DNA of 64,000 nt, from positions 558,001-622,000 of the forward strand of contig OZ176056.1 of assembly GCA_964247055.1 (NCBI GenBank), read 5' to 3'. This DNA is from Paragordius varius (Eukaryota > Animalia > Nematomorpha). Shown here one piece after another: positions 57,201-64,000 of the stretch. The notes under the pieces are model-generated. The model saw only the letters and a program-made list of their open reading frames with translations. It did no database searches and was not told the DNA's origin. Within the stretch, counting starts at the first letter, position 1, and every line of letters starts with the position of its first letter. The translations under genes and the position numbers were made by a program.

Positions 57201-60200
57201 ACATTATCTTAGTAGGACTACATCAAAATATAGAGATAGTTTGACAAACTCTTTCATATCCGATTTTTACAGCGATACTTTAAAAATTAATGTATAAAAC
57301 TAGTCGCATCATTAGTCAAGTCTTTGTCCTTAAAAATCGGATATTGGTCACAGGTGAACAAAATTATTTTTTATACATTATCTTAGTAGGACTACATCAA
57401 AATATAGAGATAGTTTGACAAACTCTTTCATATCCGATTTTTACAGCGATACTTTAAAAAATAATGTATAAAAGTAGTCGCATCAATACTCAAGTTAAAC
57501 TTTGTCCTTAAAATCGGATATTGGTCGCCGCTAAAGAAAATTATTTTTTGTACATTCTCTTAGTAGGACTACATCAAAATATAGAGATAGTTTGACAAAC
57601 TCTTTCATATCCGATTTTTACAACGATACTTTAAAAATTAATGTATAAAACTAGTCGCATCATTAGTCAAGTCTTTGTCCTTAAAAATCGGATATTGGTC
57701 GCCGGTAAAGAAAATTATTTTTTATACATTCTCTTAGTAGAACTACATCAAAATATAGAGATAGTTTGACAAACTCTTTCATATCCGATTTTTACAACGA
57801 TACTTTAAAAATTAATGTATAAAACTTGCCGCATCATTAGTCAAATTAAATTGTCCTTATAAATCTGATATTGGTCACCGGAACAAAATTAATTTTTATA
57901 CATTCTCTTAATAGGACTACATCATAATATAAAGATATTTTGACAAATTCTTTCATATCCGATTTTTACAACGATACTTTAAAAAATAATGTATAAAAGT
58001 AGTCGCATCAATACTCAAGTTAAAGTTTGTCCTTAAAAATCGGATATTGGTCACAGGTGAACAAAATTATTTTTTATACATTATCTTAGTAGGACTACAT
58101 CAAAATATAGAGATAGTTTGACAAACTCTTTCATATCCGTTTTTTACAGCGATACTTTAAAAATTAATGTATAAAACTAGTCGCATCAATACTCAAGTTA
58201 AACTTTGACTTAAAAATCGGATATTGGTCACCGGTGAACAAAATTATTTTTTATACATTTTCTTAGTAGGACTACATCAAAATATAGAGATATTTTGACA
58301 AATTCTTTCATATCCGATTTTTAAAACGATACTTTAAAAATTAATGTATTAAACTAGTCGCATCAATACTCAATTTAAACTTTGTCCTTAAAAATCGGAT
58401 ATTGGTTACAGGTGAACAAAATTATTTTTTATACATTCTCTTAGTAGGACTACATCAATATATAGAGATAGTTTGACAAACTCTTTCATATCCGATTTTT
58501 ACAGCGATACTTTAAAAACTAATGTATAAAACTAGTCGCATCAATACTCAAGTTAAACTTTGTCCTTAAAAATCGGATATTGGTCACAGTTGAACCAAAT
58601 TATTTTTTATACATTATCTTAGTAGGACTACATCAAAATATAAAGATAGTTTGACAAACTCTTTCATATCCGATTTTTACAGCGATACTTTAAAAAATAA
58701 TGTATAAAAGTAGTCGCATCAATACTCAAGTTAAACTTTGTCCTTAAAAATCGGATATTGGTCACAGGTGAACAAAATTATTTTTTATACATTATCTTAG
58801 TAGGACTACATCAAAATATAGAGATAGTTTGACAAACTCTTTCATATCCGATTTTTACAGCGATACTTTAAAAATTAATGTATAAAACTAGTCGCATCAT
58901 TAGTCAAGTCTTTGTCCTTAAAAATCGGATATTGGTCACAGGTGAACAAAATTATTTTTTATACATTATCTTAGTAGGACTACATCAAAATATAGAGATA
59001 GTTTGACAAACTCTTTCATATCCGATTTTTACAGCGATACTTTAAAAAATAATGTATAAAAGTAGTCGCATCAATACTCAAGTTAAACTTTGTCCTTAAA
59101 ATCGGATATTGGTCGCCGCTAAAGAAAATTATTTTTTGTACATTCTCTTAGTAGGACTACATCAAAATATAGAGATAGTTTGACAAACTCTTTCATATCC
59201 GATTTTTACAACGATACTTTAAAAATTAATGTATAAAACTAGTCGCATCATTAGTCAAGTCTTTGTCCTTAAAAATCGGATATTGGTCGCCGGTAAAGAA
59301 AATTATTTTTTATACATTCTCTTAGTAGAACTACATCAAAATATAGAGATAGTTTGACAAACTCTTTCATATCCGATTTTTACAACGATACTTTAAAAAT
59401 TAATGTATAAAACTTGCCGCATCATTAGTCAAATTAAATTGTCCTTATAAATCTGATATTGGTCACCGGAACAAAATTAATTTTTATACATTCTCTTAAT
59501 AGGACTACATCATAATATAAAGATATTTTGACAAATTCTTTCATATCCGATTTTTACAACGATACTTTAAAAAATAATGTATAAAAGTAGTCGCATCAAT
59601 ACTCAAGTTAAAGTTTGTCCTTAAAAATCGGATATTGGTCACAGGTGAACAAAATTATTTTTTATACATTATCTTAGTAGGACTACATCAAAATATAGAG
59701 ATAGTTTGACAAACTCTTTCATATCCGTTTTTTACAGCGATACTTTAAAAATTAATGTATAAAACTAGTCGCATCAATACTCAAGTTAAACTTTGACTTA
59801 AAAATCGGATATTGGTCACCGGTGAACAAAATTATTTTTTATACATTTTCTTAGTAGGACTACATCAAAATATAGAGATATTTTGACAAATTCTTTCATA
59901 TCCGATTTTTAAAACGATACTTTAAAAATTAATGTATTAAACTAGTCGCATCAATACTCAATTTAAACTTTGTCCTTAAAAATCGGATATTGGTCACAGT
60001 TGAACAAAATTATTTTTTATACATTATCTTAGTAGGACTACATCAAAATATAGAGATAGTTTGACAAACTCTTTCATATCCGATTTTTACATCGATACTT
60101 TAAAAAATTATGTATAAAAGTAGTCGCATCAATACTCAAGTTAAACTTTGTCCTTAAAAATCGGATATTGGTCACAGGTGAACAAAATTATTTTTTATAC

Positions 60201-63200
60201 ATTATCTTAGTAGGACTACATCAAAATATAGAGATAGTTTGACAAACTCTTTCATATCCGATTTTTACAGCGATACTTTAAAAATTAATGTATAAAACTA
60301 GTCGCATCATTAGTCAAGTCTTTGTCCTTAAAAATCGGATATTGGTCACAGGTGAACAAAATTATTTTTTATACATTATCTTAGTAGGACTACATCAAAA
60401 TATAGAGATAGTTTGACAAACTCTTTCATATCCGATTTTTACAGCGATACTTTAAAAAATAATGTATAAAAGTAGTCGCATCAATACTCAAGTTAAACTT
60501 TGTCCGTAAAAATCGGATATTGGTCACCGGTTAACAAAACTATTTTTTATACATTCTCTTAGTAAGACTACATCAAAATATAGAGATAGTTTGATAAACT
60601 CTTTCATATCCGATTTTTACAGCGATACTTTAAAAATTAATTTATAAAACTAGTCGCAACAATACTCAAGTTAAACTTTGTCCTTAAAATCGGATATTGG
60701 TCGCCGGTAAAGTAAATTATTTTTTATACATTCTCTTAGTAGAACTACATGAAAATATAGAGATAGTTTGACAAACTCTTTCATATCCGATTTTTACAAC
60801 GATACTTTAAAAATTAATGTATAAAACTTGCCGCATCATTAGTCAAATTAAATTGTCCTTATAAATCTGATATTGGTCACCGGAACAAAATTAATTTTTA
60901 TACATTCTCTTAATAGGACTACATCATAATATAAAGATATTTTGACAAATTCTTTCATATCCGATTTTTACAACGATACTTTAAAAAATAATGTATAAAA
61001 GTAGTCGCATCAATACTCAAGTTAAACTTTGTCCTTAAAAATCGGATATTGGTCACCGGTTAACAAAACTATTTTTTATACATTCTCTTAGTAGGACTAG
61101 ATCAAAATATAGAGATAGTTTTACAAACTCTTTCATATCCGATTTTTACAGCGATACTTTAAAAATTAATGTATAAAACTAGTCGCATCAATACTCAAGT
61201 TAAAGTTTGTCCTTAAAAATCGGATATTGGTCACAGGTGAACAAAATTATTTTTTATACATTATCTTAGTAGGACTACATCAAAATATAGAGATAGTTTG
61301 ACAAACTCTTTCATATCCGTTTTTTACAGCGATACTTTAAAAATTAATGTATAAAACTAGTCGCATCAATACTCAAGTTAAACTTTGACTTAAAAATCGG
61401 ATATTGGTCACCGGTGAACAAAATTATTTTTTATACATTTTCTTAGTAGGACTACATCAAAATATAGAGATATTTTGACAAATTCTTTCATATCCGATTT
61501 TTAAAACGATACTTTAAAAAATAATGTATTAAACTAGTCGCATCAATACTCAATTTAAACTTTGTCCTTAAAAATCGGATATTGGTTACAGGTGAACAAA
61601 ATTATTTTTTATACATTCTCTTAGTAGGACTACATCAAAATATAGAGATAGTTTGACAAACTCTTTCATATCCGATTTTTACAACGATACTTTAAAAAAT
61701 AATGTATAAAAGTAGTCGTATCAATACTCAAGTTAAACTTTGTCCGTAAAAATCGGATATTGGTCACCGGTTAACAAAACTATTTTTTATACATTCTCTT
61801 AGTAAGACTACATCAAAATATAGAGATAGTTTGACAAACTCTTTCATATCCGATTTTTACAGCGATACTTTAAAAAATAATGTATAAAAGTAGTCGCATC
61901 AATACTCAAGTTAAACTTTGTCCTTAAAAATCGGATATTGGTCACCGGTTAACAAAACTATTTTTTATACATTCTCTTAGTAGGACTAGATCAAAATATA
62001 GAGATAGTTTTACAAACTCTTTCATATCCGATTTTTACAGCGATACTTTAAAAATTAATGTATAAAACTAGTCGCATCAATACTCAAGTTAAAGTTTGTC
62101 CTTAAAAATCGGATATTGGTCACAGGTGAACAAAATTATTTTTTATACATTATCTTAGTAGGACTACATCAAAATATAGAGATAGTTTGACAAACTCTTT
62201 CATATCCGATTTTTACAACGATACTTTAAAAAATAATGTATAAAAGTAGTCGTATCAATACTCAAGTTAAACTTTGTCCTTAAAAATCGGATATTGGTCA
62301 CCGGTTAACAAAACTATTTTTTATACATTCTCTTAGTAGGACTAGATCAAAATATAGAGATAGTTTTACAAACTCTTTCATATCCGATTTTTACAGCGAT
62401 ACTTTAAAAATTAATGTATTAAACTAGTCGCATCAATACTCAATTTAAACTTTGTCCTTAAAAATCGGATATTGGTTACAGGTGAACAAAATTATTTTTT
62501 ATACATTCTCTTAGTAGGACTACATCAATATATAGAGATAGTTTGACAAACTCTTTCATATCCGATTTTTACAGCGATACTTTAAAAACTAATGTATAAA
62601 ACTAGTCGCATCAATACTCAAGTTAAACTTTGTCCTTAAAAATCGGATATTGGTCACAGTTGAACAAAATTATTTTTTATACATTATCTTAGTAGGACTA
62701 CATCAAAATATAGAGATAGTTTGACAAACTCTTTCATATCCGATTTTTACAGCGATACTTTAAAAAATAATGTATAAAAGTAGTCGCATCAATACTCAAG
62801 TTAAACTTTGTCCTTAAAAATCGGATATTGGTCACAGGTGAACAAAATTATTTTTTATACATTATCTTAGTAGGACTACATCAAAATATAGAGATAGTTT
62901 GACAAACTCTTTCATATCCGATTTTTACAGCGATACTTTAAAAATTAATGTATAAAACTAGTCGCATCATTAGTCAAGTCTTTGTCCTTAAAAATCGGAT
63001 ATTGGTCACAGGTGAACAAAATTATTTTTTATACATTATCTTAGTAGGACTACATCAAAATATAGAGATAGTTTGACAAACTCTTTCATATCCGATTTTT
63101 ACAGCGATACTTTAAAAAATAATGTATAAAAGTAGTCGCATCAATACTCAAGTTAAACTTTGTCCGTAAAAATCGGATATTGGTCACCGGTTAACAAAAC

Positions 63201-64000
63201 TATTTTTTATACATTCTCTTAGTAAGACTACATCAAAATATAGAGATAGTTTGATAAACTCTTTCATATCCGATTTTTACAGCGATACTTTAAAAATTAA
63301 TTTATAAAACTAGTCGCAACAATACTCAAGTTAAACTTTGTCCTTAAAATCGGATATTGGTCGCCGCTAAAGAAAATTATTTTTTGTACATTCTCTTAGT
63401 AGGACTACATCAAAATATAGAGATAGTTTGACAAACTCTTTCATATCCGATTTTTACAACGATACTTTAAAAATTAATGTATAAAACTAGTCGCATCATT
63501 AGTCAAGTCTTTGTCCTTAAAAATCGGATATTGGTCGCCGGTAAAGAAAATTATTTTTTATACATTCTCTTAGTAGAACTACATCAAAATATAGAGATAG
63601 TTTGACAAACTCTTTCATATCCGATTTTTACAACGATACTTTAAAAATTAATGTATAAAACTTGCCGCATCATTAGTCAAATTAAATTGTCCTTATAAAT
63701 CTGATATTGGTCACCGGAACAAAATTAATTTTTATACATTCTCTTAATAGGACTACATCATAATATAAAGATATTTTGACAAATTCTTTCATATCCGATT
63801 TTTACAACGATACTTTAAAAAATAATGTATAAAAGTAGTCGCATCAATACTCAAGTTAAACTTTGTCCTTAAAAATCGGATATTGGTCACCGGTTAACAA
63901 AACTATTTTTTATACATTCTCTTAGTAGGACTAGATCAAAATATAGAGATAGTTTGACAAACTCTTTCATATCCGATTTTTACAGCGATACATTAAAAAT
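48265..64000 (+). repeat. Clade II HOR domain: basic 11-monomer unit (1944 bp) with 9-mer (1588 bp), 8-mer (1414 bp) and longer variants
   Basis: The marker ACTTGCC occurs at 50933, 54292, 56236, 57824, 59412, 60826 and 63660 (offsets 3359, 1944, 1588, 1588, 1414, 2834). Monomer length sums match 19, 11, 9, 9, 8 and 16 units. Confidence 0.9.

Larger units (their letters stand above)
1..64000 (+). repeat. AT-rich tandem satellite DNA array, 178-bp consensus monomer, ~360 head-to-tail copies, running off both ends of the window
   Basis: Monomer starts (ATTAATG) at 1, 179 and 357 give a 178-bp period. Consensus: ATTAATGTATAAAACTAGTCGCATCAATACTCAAGTTAAACTTTGTCCTTAAAAATCGGATATTGGTCACCGGTGAACAAAATTATTTTTTATACATTCTCTTAGTAGGACTACATCAAAATATAGAGATAGTTTGACAAACTCTTTCATATCCGATTTTTACAACGATACTTTAAAA (50 G+C of 178). 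The same unit in the same orientation continues to position 64000, and I saw no foreign sequence. Confidence 0.99.

Noticed and set aside
1-64000. Protein-coding ORFs or a repetitive protein gene
   Set aside because: The consensus has TAA at positions 3, 10/37 and 50 (all three forward frames) and TTA at 2, 36 and 49 (stops in all three reverse frames). The 178-bp period is not a multiple of 3.
1-64000. CRISPR array (conserved palindromic segments alternating with variable segments)
   Set aside because: The variable segments are homologous point and indel variants of one sequence, not unrelated spacers. The period of 178 bp is too long, and there are no cas genes or leader.
1-64000. Intact MITE or transposon bounded by the 14-bp inverted repeats
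   Set aside because: There is no target-site duplication flanking either orientation of the arm pair and no transposase or other non-satellite sequence. It is kept only as a possible origin hypothesis.
1-64000. Promoters or terminators (TATAAAA words, hairpins near T-runs)
   Set aside because: These are expected by chance in 72% AT sequence, repeat with every monomer, and have no associated genes.
1-64000. Strand switch or inversion of the array
   Set aside because: Reverse-strand hits to AAAAATCGGATAT come from the internal inverted repeat. All monomers read in the same orientation from start to end.

Overview
The whole 64-kb window is one uninterrupted, head-to-tail array of an AT-rich satellite DNA. 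The consensus monomer is 178 bp (about 28% GC), length variants run from about 168 to 193 bp, and there are roughly 360 monomers, all in the same orientation. I found no protein-coding genes, RNA genes, CRISPR spacers or transposon insertions; the consensus monomer has stop codons in all six frames within its first ~52 bp. I cannot assign the satellite to a named family or a host. What structure exists is internal. (1) Each monomer carries a perfect 14-bp inverted repeat (TAAAAATCGGATAT / ATATCCGATTTTTA) plus several short palindromes, and looks like an old dimer of ~80-97-bp subunits. (2) About a dozen recognisable monomer subtypes are arranged in local higher-order repeats (HORs) whose period changes along the array: 4-mer, 10-mer, 14-mer, 13/14/18-mer, 9/18-mer, 10/12/22-mer and 11/9/8-mer. 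(3) Period changes coincide with chimeric monomers, consistent with in-register deletions. (4) Two HOR clades alternate over tens of kb, separated by less homogenised zones. This resembles a eukaryotic centromeric or pericentromeric satellite, but that is inference. I see no evidence of a gene-encoded novel system. All coordinates and periods were counted by eye from diagnostic variants and may be off by a few bp.
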